From Acidimicrobiales bacterium (GTDB lineage: Bacteria; Actinomycetota; Acidimicrobiia; Acidimicrobiales; JAKAVM01), in NCBI GenBank assembly GCA_027452005.1, contig DAIDHF010000007.1, positions 15,254 to 79,253 of the forward strand: a DNA stretch of 64,000 bases. Direction: 5' to 3'. The notes beneath the pieces are model-generated. The model did no database searches. It worked only from the letters and a program-made list of their open reading frames with translations, and was not told where the DNA came from. Of this stretch, positions 55,347 to 64,000 are shown one piece after another. The position numbers and the translations under genes were made by a program. Within the stretch, counting starts at the first letter, position 1; every line of letters starts with the position of its first letter.

Positions 55347-56244
55347 GCTTTACGTCTAGGCTATCTATAGACTCACCAGCCATCGCCTTGCCAAGTCCAC
55401 GCGACACCTTGGCAACAATATGGGGGTCTCGAAAGTGGGCCGTGGCTTCTACAATTGCAATTGCCCGAGACTCGGGATTGTCGGTCTTGAAAATTCCCGA
55501 CCCCACAAATACGGCCTCAGCACCCAGTTGCATTACAAGAGCTGCATCAGATGGAGTCGCAATACCCCCAGCACAAAACAGTGGAACAGGGAGCTTTCGC
55601 AGCTCGCGAACTTGGCGTACTAGGTCAACTGGAACCCGAAGATCTTTGGCCCATCCATATAACTCGGCCGAGCTTGCTTGAGAAATTGCCCGAATATCGC
55701 GACCAATTGCCCGTAGGTGCCGAACAGCCTCGACCACGTTACCCGTACCGGCCTCGCCTTTTGAACGGATCATTGCGGCGCCTTCGGATACTCTTCTAAG
55801 GGCCTCACCGAGGTTAGTGGCTCCGCACACAAATGGAACTGAAAACCCCCACTTGTCGATGTGATACTCCTCATCGGCTGGAGTCAACACTTCACTTTCG
55901 TCAATAAAATCAACCCGAAGGACCTCTAGGACCTGTGCCTCGGCAAAGTGCCCTATCCGAACTTTGGCCATGACCGGAATCGTGACCGTCTCTTGAATCT
56001 CCTCGATCAGGTGGGGGTCACTCATCCGGGCTACCCCCCCATCTCGGCGTATATCAGCTGGAACGCGCTCTAGGGCCATGACCGCCACAGCTCCCGCGTC
56101 CTCGGCAATTTTCGCCTGTTTAGCGTCCACTACGTCCATGATTACCCCTCCAACCAACATCTCGGCTAGTCCCTTTTTTACGTCAAAAGATCCGGTCTTA
56201 GCCTCAATATCTCGGTTGTCATCCAAGTCAATAGTAGCGCTCAC
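55327..56244 (-). CDS. pdxS: Pyridoxal 5'-phosphate synthase lyase subunit
   Basis: Motifs [29 protein letters not shown] and [12 protein letters not shown]. Confidence 0.95.
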   Translation of the reverse strand: MSATIDLDDNRDIEAKTGSFDVKKGLAEMLVGGVIMDVVDAKQAKIAEDAGAVAVMALERVPADIRRDGGVARMSDPHLIEEIQETVTIPVMAKVRIGHFAEAQVLEVLRVDFIDESEVLTPADEEYHIDKWGFSVPFVCGATNLGEALRRVSEGAAMIRSKGEAGTGNVVEAVRHLRAIGRDIRAISQASSAELYGWAKDLRVPVDLVRQVRELRKLPVPLFCAGGIATPSDAALVMQLGAEAVFVGSGIFKTDNPESRAIAIVEATAHFRDPHIVAKVSRGLGKAMAGESIDSLDVKLASRGW

Positions 56245-56339
56245 GCCATCAATCCTAGCTCATTGAGGGCGCCGTCTAGAAATGGCACTAAAATCCAGGT
56301 CGTGGCACGCCCGATCGTCATACGCCAGCATTCGTCAAT

Positions 56340-59300
56340 TTAGAACTTTATTGCACCCACAATCAACAGGGCGGCAACACACACGGCCACCGCACCAGAA
56401 ATACGGTATGTCCAGGTTACCTTCCACTTATGACGCTTATGGGCCAAAAGGGTGGCGAAATCAACCAAATAACTTGGTAACGAAAGTACAACAAAGCCGA
56501 CTGCCATAATCTCAAATCCCCCGTGGATCGAGTACTTCAAGACAGCCCCGAGAGCAGTACCCACCGCTAACAGAACGAGAGTCTTTACAATTCCCTTTGG
56601 AATATAGCGAGACAGGGGCTTTACTTTAGGCAGCTTACTGGAGTAAATAGACATGACCCCCACGGCAAGTCCGATTGCAGTTCCAAGATAAAGCTCCCAC
56701 ACATTGCCCAAGTAGGCGTACGCCACAAACCCAATCAACCCTCCCCTGATCAAGTTTGAGATATGTTGTTGGCGTACACTCGGCTTTGGAAGCTCTCTTG
56801 GCATTACCGATTTAATTCTCAGGGGATAGTGGTGAACCGCCACGGTCTCCAATAACATTCTGGCTATCACGGCAAGCAAGACCGCGAGCGCGACAGTCGA
56901 CTCCTTCGAAGTGATCCCAAAAGATACTCCGGCGAGTGACGGAAGGGTTCCGATCATCTTTTCAATACCCCATGCGGCTACGAGTCCACCGATTATTAGA
57001 TCGCCAAACCTGTCAGTCCACTCACCTACATCTTTGGCCGGGAGCCTTCGCGCTGGCCTGGCTTGAGACATCACTACTGGGGCAGCAAAGAAAATTATGC
57101 ATAGACCAAGCAAGGTCCTCAAGGCGCTTGCTGAATCGATTCCCCCAGAACACAACACGCCAAGCCCGAAGACCAAACCTCCTAGAAGCCCCGATAAACC
57201 ATCAAATGCCGAAAGTACGACCAAGGCAGTAAAGATGCCAAATGAAGGTGGCACTGGCTGGCCCGAGGTCGATACCAGGGCTAGAGCTCCTAGTGCTACC
57301 CCGAAAAGTGGAAGCAAGAGTGAACCAGGCCCGGCCATTGCACGGGCATATACCCCATCATTTGATAACTTTCCAATCATTGGAGACCAAGGATTTAGCT
57401 TCTCGGGAATCTTCTTGCTCCACTCATCAAAGATGGCAATCCCCATCCAACTCCAGAACCGAGAGTGATCACCCCTTCCCTTTGATTCGTGGGTCACATT
57501 TGAATGTTCAATCTCAAATGACGCAAGTGAGGCCCCGGCATGACTGGATTCGCTTGTGTTGCCATGACCAATCTGGCCATGATGTCCACTTTGGGAGACC
57601 CCGGCCGTTACTAATTTCCCTCGGTAACCTTCAGCCCCACCTTGCCCCCCTGGTTCTCTTGTTCGCCCGGAACCTTGACCTTCCGAACTGCCATCACTAC
57701 CCGACGAAGATCCTCCACTACCGTCTTGTTCTTCGCCGTCATCGCCTCCACTCGATCCACCAGAACCAGCACCAATGCCGCCGGCACCCATAAGTCCCAT
57801 GATCGCAAAAGCCCCAACCAACGAGGAAACTACAGTTGAGGTATGCGAAGCCGGAATGTAAGTGGAATAGACCTGACCCCCTATTACCTTGGTTCCCGAT
57901 AAGGGTTGACTTACCTGGGGCTGCGGTGGGAAGAGGACGGTTGGGGAAGCTACCATTTTTGCCACAGATCCATCAGGGCTTACAGTGAGAGGCCACTGAT
58001 CAGATACCGAGGTTCCAGTCGGGCCTTGCCCGTCTACCAAGATGTGATGGGATCCATCCACCACGCCTCCTGGCACCGAGACTGATTGTGCAAAGCCTCC
58101 ACTCGAATCTACTGGAATTTCTGCCATAACAGTTGGGTTCGAGTGCAAGACGACCTTGGCCATAGAACCTGGCTTGAGTCCATTGCCCGATACGGCAAAA
58201 TGACTCCCACTAAAAACGCTCCCTATGGAAAAATTAAACTGGAGAGCAATCGAGGCTGATTTCTCCCCGGGAATCCTAACTATCTTAGAAGATGAACTTC
58301 CCGTACCAGAAGCCAAAGCATTCATCGTTACTTTGAGCCCTTGAGTTGCTAAGGTTTGAGCCTTGGAAAGCGTAGGCTGTGCGCTTGACTTTGAAGAGCT
58401 TTTTGTCTTGACGGTAACGGACTTGGACTGGACTCTAGACTTCGAGTTAGGTGAAGACTTCCCAGGTGACACCTTAGAGTTCTTCGTCAATGATAGATAT
58501 TTGGATGCCTGATGATTTGCGTTCGCAAGGCTAGAACCAGAAGCCTTGCTAACCGAAACCCGTTGGTTGGCACTCTGGGCAAGTAGAGTATCTTTAGCCG
58601 CCAGAGCCTCATATTGGCTTGCTGCCGCAGCTGAATTGTTGGCTGCTAGCTTTGTCTTCGAGATTAACACCTGAGCATTTTTCTCGCGCAAGGCCACTGC
58701 TAGTTTTGCCTTGTTGGTGGCAGACTGTGCCTTCTTGACTAATGTGCCAGCAACGCTCTTAGCACGGTTTGCACTGGAGATCGCCTTCTTCTCAGATTGC
58801 TCGACCTGTGTGAGTTTACTTTCATAAAATGCATACTTCTTGGAATTTGGAATGAGAGTTTGGAGAGCCTGCTTTAGCTTGTCCACTGTTAGTGCGTCTG
58901 CTCTAGCTACCTTGTCAAGATGTGTGGCATCCGTGAGCAATTTGCTTGCAGCAATCTGGGCCTTTTTCTGGGCTACTTGCGCATTGTGCAAGGAGTTTTT
59001 AGCCTGAGAGACTAGAAGGTTTACTTTTAGCGTTATTTCATTTAGTGCCTTTTGAGTACTGTATGATTTTTCACTGGCTTTCAAAGCACTTAACTGGGTC
59101 GAAGTTGCGCTCGATTGACTGTTCAAAATATTTAATACTCTTTTTGAACTGGTCGCCTGTAGGCGCAATTTGATCGCCGAACGAACATCCGGTGGCGATT
59201 TGGCAAGCTTAGATTTCGCTAAAGCCATATCCGCAGCCCTTTGCTCTTTAACTGCGACTATTTCTTCTTTTGCTGCAGCTTTTACATATTTTGTGGCAGA

Positions 59301-62300
59301 GATTGCCGACTTCACCGATTTAATCTGTTGTGCTAATGAACGATCTACTGTTTTGAGGACCGTTGCTCTAGCTTTTTCGTATTGAACCCGGTAAGTGACT
59401 ATCTTTTTATTCAAGGCCTTCTCGGCGTTGAGGACACGCCCTAGTTCCTTTTCAAGTTTCACAGGAATACGCTTGCTACGTGGAGTGAGTCGGTGAACCT
59501 TCAAATAGGCCTCAAGCTTTACGTTGAGTCTAGCAACTTGCCTAGACATTCTGGCCTTTTGAGTACCGTCTTTGGCAATCTTACCGGCAACTTTCATCAC
59601 GCTAGACTCGTGTGACTGAGCTGACTTCATAGCATTCCTGGCGAGCTTACGTTCTGAAGAAGCTTTGGTTGCAGCGCTCTTTGCGGACTGGTTGAGCGAT
59701 TTTGCAGATCCCAATGCTCTTTTAGCCAAAGCCTCATCACGAACTGCAAGCTGTGCTTGACGCTCAGAAGCCTTTGTAGGACGGAAAGTAGGCGCCTTGA
59801 TAGTGCGTATATTTCCTGACCGGGGATGTCTTACTGGTATATGGCTTCCAGAGACGTTTGAACCACTTCCTAGTCTTGTCGACGAACTAGCACCTGGCGT
59901 TTTTGTTGAACTTCCACCTTTGACCGCCGTACTCGATTGGCTTGGCCCATTTGCCGTACTTCCCCCAGCACTAGATTGCCCTGAATTTGGGGCCCCACTT
60001 CCTTGGGTCGATCCACCAGTAGGACCACCGGGGCTGATTCCTGTCCCCCCAGGGTTACCTCCACCTAATGGTGGGCCATTTACGGGCGGGTTAGTTGTAG
60101 ACGTAACCGGTGGCAAGGTTGTTGTGGTTGAGTTCGGGGGTAGCGTTGTAGATGTAGTAGTAGTCGGGGGTAGCGTTGTAGATGTAGTAGTAGTCGGGGG
60201 TAGCGTTGTAGATGTAGTGGTCGACGGTAGAGTTGTCGAGGTCGTTGTAGTCGTCGGCGGTAGAGTTGTGGAGGTAGTAGTAGTAGTTGGAGTACCGGTT
60301 GGAGACGACACTGTTACGTCGACAGAAGAACTCGACGATGCCGTAAACAACCCGGTTCCGTTATAGGTCGCAGTAATTGAATAAGTTCCACTTCCCGAAA
60401 AACTGGTGGTACAACTCACCAAACCGGAAGATCCTAATGGATCGCTTATACAACCGGAAATGGGTGATCCATTTGAATAGAAATTTACAGTTCCCGATGG
60501 TGTACCCGATCCTGACGATACGGTTGCCTCAAAGATTACTGATTGACCAGTGTCAAGTGTTGAAGCCGAGGTAGTTAGAGAAGTCGACGTCGGCTGAGGC
60601 GGAGGCGGTGGCGAAATCGCCGTAGCGGATGCCTCATTTGAATATCCTGAAGTACCCGATGGATCCACCGCTTTTACTTTAAAATACGTCGGTGATGAAT
60701 AGTTCGAGACGAAAGCCACATAGCTCGTCCCGGTAACCGGCGAAGCATTTATTGGTGTTGAAGACTCGCCTCCCGATGACGGACCCATATAGATGTTGTA
60801 GCCAGTTACAGTTGACGCCCCATTGGTCGACGGAGGAGACCAGGACAACGAAACACTCCCAACGCTACCTGATGCACTAAGGGAGCTAGGGGGAGCCGTT
60901 GTCGACGCAACAAACAGAGAACCTATCGTGCAGTTCTCATCATTGGACTTCGCTCCAGTTTGGTCGATTTCCGGACACAGACCAGAGGTCGCATTTGCTA
61001 TAGCACCAATTTCAGGAGCACCCGTATTGGGCTTGACACTTAGAGTAGGTCCCCCATTATTGGCAAGTGAACCAAGATCACCGGGCAATCCGGTATCTGT
61101 TATGTCACCAGTGGCGCCATTGACGCAAGCCGACCCGGACCTTGCAGCGTTGTAGCCGTAGTCGTGAAGGGTGCCATAAACCTTGCAAGCACCAGCATCG
61201 GCAAAAATCGTTGCCGATGGGGCGAGTGTCATTCCAGGATATGTATTGACGTCGTATCCACCGGCAAGGCTGGCGCTTGAGTTGCCGACAAAAGTATCGC
61301 CGATAAGAGTCAGAGTTCCGCTGGTACCCCCGTCGACAATCGCACCTCCATTGCCACCGGTTGTCTGGTTCGAGTAAAATGTGGAATAGGTAATTGATGC
61401 TGATCCTGCGATTGATAATGCGCCACCGGCTCCGCAGTTACAGCCGCCATTATCGAGATTGGATGAGAAGGTCGAACCGCTTATGGAGATAGTTGCTCCA
61501 GTAGAACTGTCAATTGCACTTCCCCATTGAGAGTTGTTGTCGTTATTGCTAGAAAATGTAGAGTTTGTCACCGTAGCAGTTCCCGTATTGTAAAGCCCAG
61601 CACTTGCCGATGAGACGCCATCGACGTCCTTGTTGTTTGTAACGGTGGAGTTCTCAATTTTCAATGTTCCGGCATTACCAATTCCTGCAGCCGGACCGCT
61701 CGAATATCCGTTCTCGATCGTCAGGCCATTTATGGTCACATTAGACCCTGAAGCTATGCTGATTACCTGGACTAGATTGCCCCCACTAATAACGGGAGTT
61801 GCTCCAGATTCGCCTTGAAGTGTCAGTGAACCTGCCAGGGAAACTGCAAGGGTTGCCGTTAGACTATAGGTACCGGTTGCGAAATTTACAGTGTCGCCCG
61901 TAGCTTTAGCAACTGCAATTGCATTCTGAACGGTGCATGGATCACTAGTGTCGCCACAGGTGTCGGTTCCGCCCGAGGTAGGCGCGACATAGTAGGTTGA
62001 AATTGGAACAACAAATACTGCACCCATAGAGCACGGCGAAGTACCCGATGAAGTCCCGGTTTGATCAGTAGAAGGGCACAGGGCATTGGGAAATCCACTT
62101 GGTGCAGACGTAGAATCGGGAATCGCCCCAACCCCAGCACTGGAGGTCAGTGGCTTAATCGTTTGTGTTGGTCCACCGTTGCTAGCCAGAGTTCCAAGGT
62201 TGACAAACGGGGAATTGCTTATGCTACCTGTAGCTGAAAGTCCGCAGGTTGAGTCATTTGCAATGTTATAGCCCTTGTCAGAGATCGTACCACCATTGCT

Positions 62301-63203
62301 CGCACAATCACTAGAGCCAGAACCAGTAATGATTGATCCGGCAATATATACAGTCCCAGATGCCTGCGCAAAGATGGCGTTTCCGCCATTGGTTGATGCG
62401 CCGGTCGTATTGTTAGCTAGGGTTGAAGACTCAATATATACAGTACCTTGGTAGTTATTGATTCCAGCGCCAAAGTGACCGGTTGCATTTGTTGTAATAG
62501 CGTTTGCCGTAATTGTCGAGTTTTCAATTTTCATGTTGCCATAAAAATTCTGGAACCCGCCTCCGACCCAAACGGCATTATTATTTTCAATCGTAGAATC
62601 TTCAACGGTCATAGAAGAAGCACTGCCGTTATTGAATAGGGCACCACCCGAGTTAGTAACAGAGTTGCCCGTAAAGGTTGAGTTCATTACGGTTAGATGA
62701 CCCGAATTACTAATTCCTCCACCGTTTATTGCGACGCCGTTCTCTATCGTAACCCCTTCTACGGTGGCAGTCGTCGTCGAGGCGATGGTCATGACTTGCA
62801 CGGTGCTATTTCCGTTCAATACTGGCGATGCACCCGTGTCAGCTTGAATGGTGATACTGCCCGTCGGTGACACGGCAAGGGTTGACCCTAAGGAGTAAGT
62901 ACCGGACTCCAAGATGACCGTGCCTCCACCTGCAGTATTTGCATCCGAGATAGCCGTTGAGATTGAGCAGGTGTCGGTGCTCGAAGTACATCCTCCACTT
63001 CCAGTAGGTGATGCATACCAAGGTCCAGTTGCCGAGGCTAAACCAATAGTGACAGCAAGGGTGATTGTAGAAGTTAGAGAGACCGCCAGGAGGACCGCCC
63101 ATATAGACCTCCACCTAAATGTCGCCCTAGCTTGAAGATCACGCTGTTGGGCTACTTTGCGCCAAAAAGAAGAAAGAAGCCTGACCGATACAGTCTTACC
63201 CAA
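56340..63203 (-). CDS. Giant (2287-aa) multidomain surface/membrane protein of unknown function
   Basis: TTG start 8 nt after GGAGGA, with a signal-like N-terminus ending in LASA. Two right-handed beta-helix modules each end in an LG(T/S)LA(S/N)NGGPT motif. These are followed by FN3-like and Ig-like domains, a TTTTSTTLPP tandem repeat, a Gly/Pro/Ser linker and a ~460-aa K/A/S-rich helical region. After that come an Ig-like domain, a TM helix, an acidic Gly/Ser and His-rich linker, and ~10-11 predicted TM helices. Confidence 0.8.
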   Translation of the reverse strand: MGKTVSVRLLSSFWRKVAQQRDLQARATFRWRSIWAVLLAVSLTSTITLAVTIGLASATGPWYASPTGSGGCTSSTDTCSISTAISDANTAGGGTVILESGTYSLGSTLAVSPTGSITIQADTGASPVLNGNSTVQVMTIASTTTATVEGVTIENGVAINGGGISNSGHLTVMNSTFTGNSVTNSGGALFNNGSASSMTVEDSTIENNNAVWVGGGFQNFYGNMKIENSTITANAITTNATGHFGAGINNYQGTVYIESSTLANNTTGASTNGGNAIFAQASGTVYIAGSIITGSGSSDCASNGGTISDKGYNIANDSTCGLSATGSISNSPFVNLGTLASNGGPTQTIKPLTSSAGVGAIPDSTSAPSGFPNALCPSTDQTGTSSGTSPCSMGAVFVVPISTYYVAPTSGGTDTCGDTSDPCTVQNAIAVAKATGDTVNFATGTYSLTATLAVSLAGSLTLQGESGATPVISGGNLVQVISIASGSNVTINGLTIENGYSSGPAAGIGNAGTLKIENSTVTNNKDVDGVSSASAGLYNTGTATVTNSTFSSNNDNNSQWGSAIDSSTGATISISGSTFSSNLDNGGCNCGAGGALSIAGSASITYSTFYSNQTTGGNGGAIVDGGTSGTLTLIGDTFVGNSSASLAGGYDVNTYPGMTLAPSATIFADAGACKVYGTLHDYGYNAARSGSACVNGATGDITDTGLPGDLGSLANNGGPTLSVKPNTGAPEIGAIANATSGLCPEIDQTGAKSNDENCTIGSLFVASTTAPPSSLSASGSVGSVSLSWSPPSTNGASTVTGYNIYMGPSSGGESSTPINASPVTGTSYVAFVSNYSSPTYFKVKAVDPSGTSGYSNEASATAISPPPPPQPTSTSLTTSASTLDTGQSVIFEATVSSGSGTPSGTVNFYSNGSPISGCISDPLGSSGLVSCTTSFSGSGTYSITATYNGTGLFTASSSSSVDVTVSSPTGTPTTTTTSTTLPPTTTTTSTTLPSTTTSTTLPPTTTTSTTLPPTTTTSTTLPPNSTTTTLPPVTSTTNPPVNGPPLGGGNPGGTGISPGGPTGGSTQGSGAPNSGQSSAGGSTANGPSQSSTAVKGGSSTKTPGASSSTRLGSGSNVSGSHIPVRHPRSGNIRTIKAPTFRPTKASERQAQLAVRDEALAKRALGSAKSLNQSAKSAATKASSERKLARNAMKSAQSHESSVMKVAGKIAKDGTQKARMSRQVARLNVKLEAYLKVHRLTPRSKRIPVKLEKELGRVLNAEKALNKKIVTYRVQYEKARATVLKTVDRSLAQQIKSVKSAISATKYVKAAAKEEIVAVKEQRAADMALAKSKLAKSPPDVRSAIKLRLQATSSKRVLNILNSQSSATSTQLSALKASEKSYSTQKALNEITLKVNLLVSQAKNSLHNAQVAQKKAQIAASKLLTDATHLDKVARADALTVDKLKQALQTLIPNSKKYAFYESKLTQVEQSEKKAISSANRAKSVAGTLVKKAQSATNKAKLAVALREKNAQVLISKTKLAANNSAAAASQYEALAAKDTLLAQSANQRVSVSKASGSSLANANHQASKYLSLTKNSKVSPGKSSPNSKSRVQSKSVTVKTKSSSKSSAQPTLSKAQTLATQGLKVTMNALASGTGSSSSKIVRIPGEKSASIALQFNFSIGSVFSGSHFAVSGNGLKPGSMAKVVLHSNPTVMAEIPVDSSGGFAQSVSVPGGVVDGSHHILVDGQGPTGTSVSDQWPLTVSPDGSVAKMVASPTVLFPPQPQVSQPLSGTKVIGGQVYSTYIPASHTSTVVSSLVGAFAIMGLMGAGGIGAGSGGSSGGDDGEEQDGSGGSSSGSDGSSEGQGSGRTREPGGQGGAEGYRGKLVTAGVSQSGHHGQIGHGNTSESSHAGASLASFEIEHSNVTHESKGRGDHSRFWSWMGIAIFDEWSKKIPEKLNPWSPMIGKLSNDGVYARAMAGPGSLLLPLFGVALGALALVSTSGQPVPPSFGIFTALVVLSAFDGLSGLLGGLVFGLGVLCSGGIDSASALRTLLGLCIIFFAAPVVMSQARPARRLPAKDVGEWTDRFGDLIIGGLVAAWGIEKMIGTLPSLAGVSFGITSKESTVALAVLLAVIARMLLETVAVHHYPLRIKSVMPRELPKPSVRQQHISNLIRGGLIGFVAYAYLGNVWELYLGTAIGLAVGVMSIYSSKLPKVKPLSRYIPKGIVKTLVLLAVGTALGAVLKYSIHGGFEIMAVGFVVLSLPSYLVDFATLLAHKRHKWKVTWTYRISGAVAVCVAALLIVGAIKF
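60103..60300 (-). repeat. 30-nt coding tandem repeat (6-7 units) encoding TTTTSTTLPP
   Basis: Units 60136-60165 and 60166-60195 are identical. Flanking units are progressively degenerate, with some of 27 nt. Confidence 0.85.
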
Positions 63204-63343
63204 AATTCATATCCTCCACACCGAATATTCCAAGAGGACAATACCACATAGGGTGCTCAGGTCATAAGAACTACGGTGAGATTAATTCCGCTCCCCCAAT
63301 TCCAGTTGGATCGGGCAGGTCTATGAGGTCAATCCCTGGCGAA

Positions 63344-64000
63344 CTAACAGGTACTTGATAGCTGGTAGGTTGTAGTTGGACTCTGAAGTTGAGCCGCCTG
63401 ACAGGTGGGCTCGGGTTGGCTTAGGGGAAGTAGCTCGACCCAGGTTTTTCCAGGCTCGAGGGCGATCTGATGGCCCTTTGAGTCGATAAATTTAGTGACA
63501 GAAAATTCGCTGGGCTTAGACCAGGTAGCCTTGACTATCTCTCCCCCACTTAATACGTAGGCCTGACCGTTCCCGACCGTGTTGGCATCCGGAACGGGAT
63601 TTCCAGCTGGATCAATATAACCAGTATTAGAGTACGGGACGATCTCAACTATTACGTTCGTTGCTGTTATTGGAACTCCCGCTGCGTCGACTGATGGGGT
63701 CCCCTGCGTACGGTCCCACACCTTAGCAATAGGGTCCCATGCCCATTCAACTGTTGTTACCCCGCTCAAATCTAGGTTGATCTTTGCAATTCCAAGTTCA
63801 CCTGGGGCACTAAAGGGCGACCCGGAAGTAAGGAACTTGAAAAGTTGTGGCGGGGCCTTGGCTGGCGCAGTGTTGTTCTTCCTAAGAGTAATGGTTGACG
63901 TGTACAGATTGTCGGGGATTAGCCTGGAGTTATCCCGGTAGTATGCACCAGGTTCACCCGTTGAGGCCCCCACATCGACAACCCCGGTTTTCATGACGTC
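63344..64000 (-). CDS. Secreted protein, C-terminal part only (DUF3048-like); the 5' end lies beyond the window
   Basis: The frame is open to the window edge. The pattern YYRDNSRLIPDNLYTS ... VEWAWD ... NVIVEIVPY ... GNGQAYVLSGGEIVKATWSK ... LEPGKTWVELLP matches my memory of the C-terminal half of the YerB/DUF3048 family. Confidence 0.55.
   Translation of the reverse strand, partial: DVMKTGVVDVGASTGEPGAYYRDNSRLIPDNLYTSTITLRKNNTAPAKAPPQLFKFLTSGSPFSAPGELGIAKINLDLSGVTTVEWAWDPIAKVWDRTQGTPSVDAAGVPITATNVIVEIVPYSNTGYIDPAGNPVPDANTVGNGQAYVLSGGEIVKATWSKPSEFSVTKFIDSKGHQIALEPGKTWVELLPLSQPEPTCQAAQLQSPTTTYQLSSTC

Noticed and set aside
54838-55359. 173-aa plus-strand ORF
   Set aside because: It lies entirely antisense to pdxT, which has clear family motifs. 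It is a typical shadow ORF with low-complexity Ser/Pro-rich sequence.
59797-60366. 189-aa plus-strand ORF rich in Gly/Val/Pro with internal VVDVVVVGGS repeats
   Set aside because: It is the antisense reading of the Thr/Pro tandem-repeat and Gly/Pro linker region of the giant minus-strand gene. Its repeat structure and open frame follow from the sense-strand composition, and it has no independent start or RBS support.

Overview
The window looks like a chromosomal segment of an actinobacterium. This is inferred from gene content and gene order only, since no database search was possible. I call about 49 protein-coding genes and one tRNA-Leu(UAG). I saw no rRNA, CRISPR array, transposase or integrase. 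From about 24.9 to 56.2 kb there is a minus-strand housekeeping backbone: aroE-mltG-ruvX-alaS-aspS-hisS-relA-secF-secD-yajC-tgt-queA ... ruvB-ruvA-ruvC-yebC-pdxT-pdxS. From memory, its order mirrors the Mycobacterium tuberculosis Rv2552c-Rv2606c region. An accessory block interrupts it at 41.6-51.4 kb: a GH3 glycosidase, two crotonases, a membrane esterase, an MBL hydrolase, a PaaI thioesterase, MaoC/hotdog proteins and a divergent AMP-ligase. The left third carries envelope and signalling genes. These are a LivG-like ATPase coupled to a degenerate-GGDEF/EAL protein, pyrE, and the three genes for decaprenyl-phospho-arabinose-type donor synthesis (UbiA-like PRTase, dprE1, dprE2). They are followed by a long minus-strand glycan operon at 9.8-21.9 kb (Wzm/Wzt exporter, four GT4-type genes, three paralogous helical + methyltransferase-fold proteins), a lone clpP, the tRNA and a HAMP-GGDEF cyclase. 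Three candidates seem most worth follow-up. (1) A 2287-aa protein (56340-63203) joins two beta-helix modules, FN3/Ig domains, a Thr/Pro tandem-repeat linker and a ~460-aa Lys/Ala/Ser-rich helical stalk to a C-terminal ~10-11-helix membrane domain. (2) A six-unit 42-aa repeat module that I cannot assign to a named family is shared by a SpoIID-domain protein and a secreted propeller protein that bracket the glycan exporter. (3) There are three translationally coupled [helical + degenerate methyltransferase fold]-[GT4] cassettes. All functional calls rest on motifs read by eye from the ORF track, and start codons are the least certain part.
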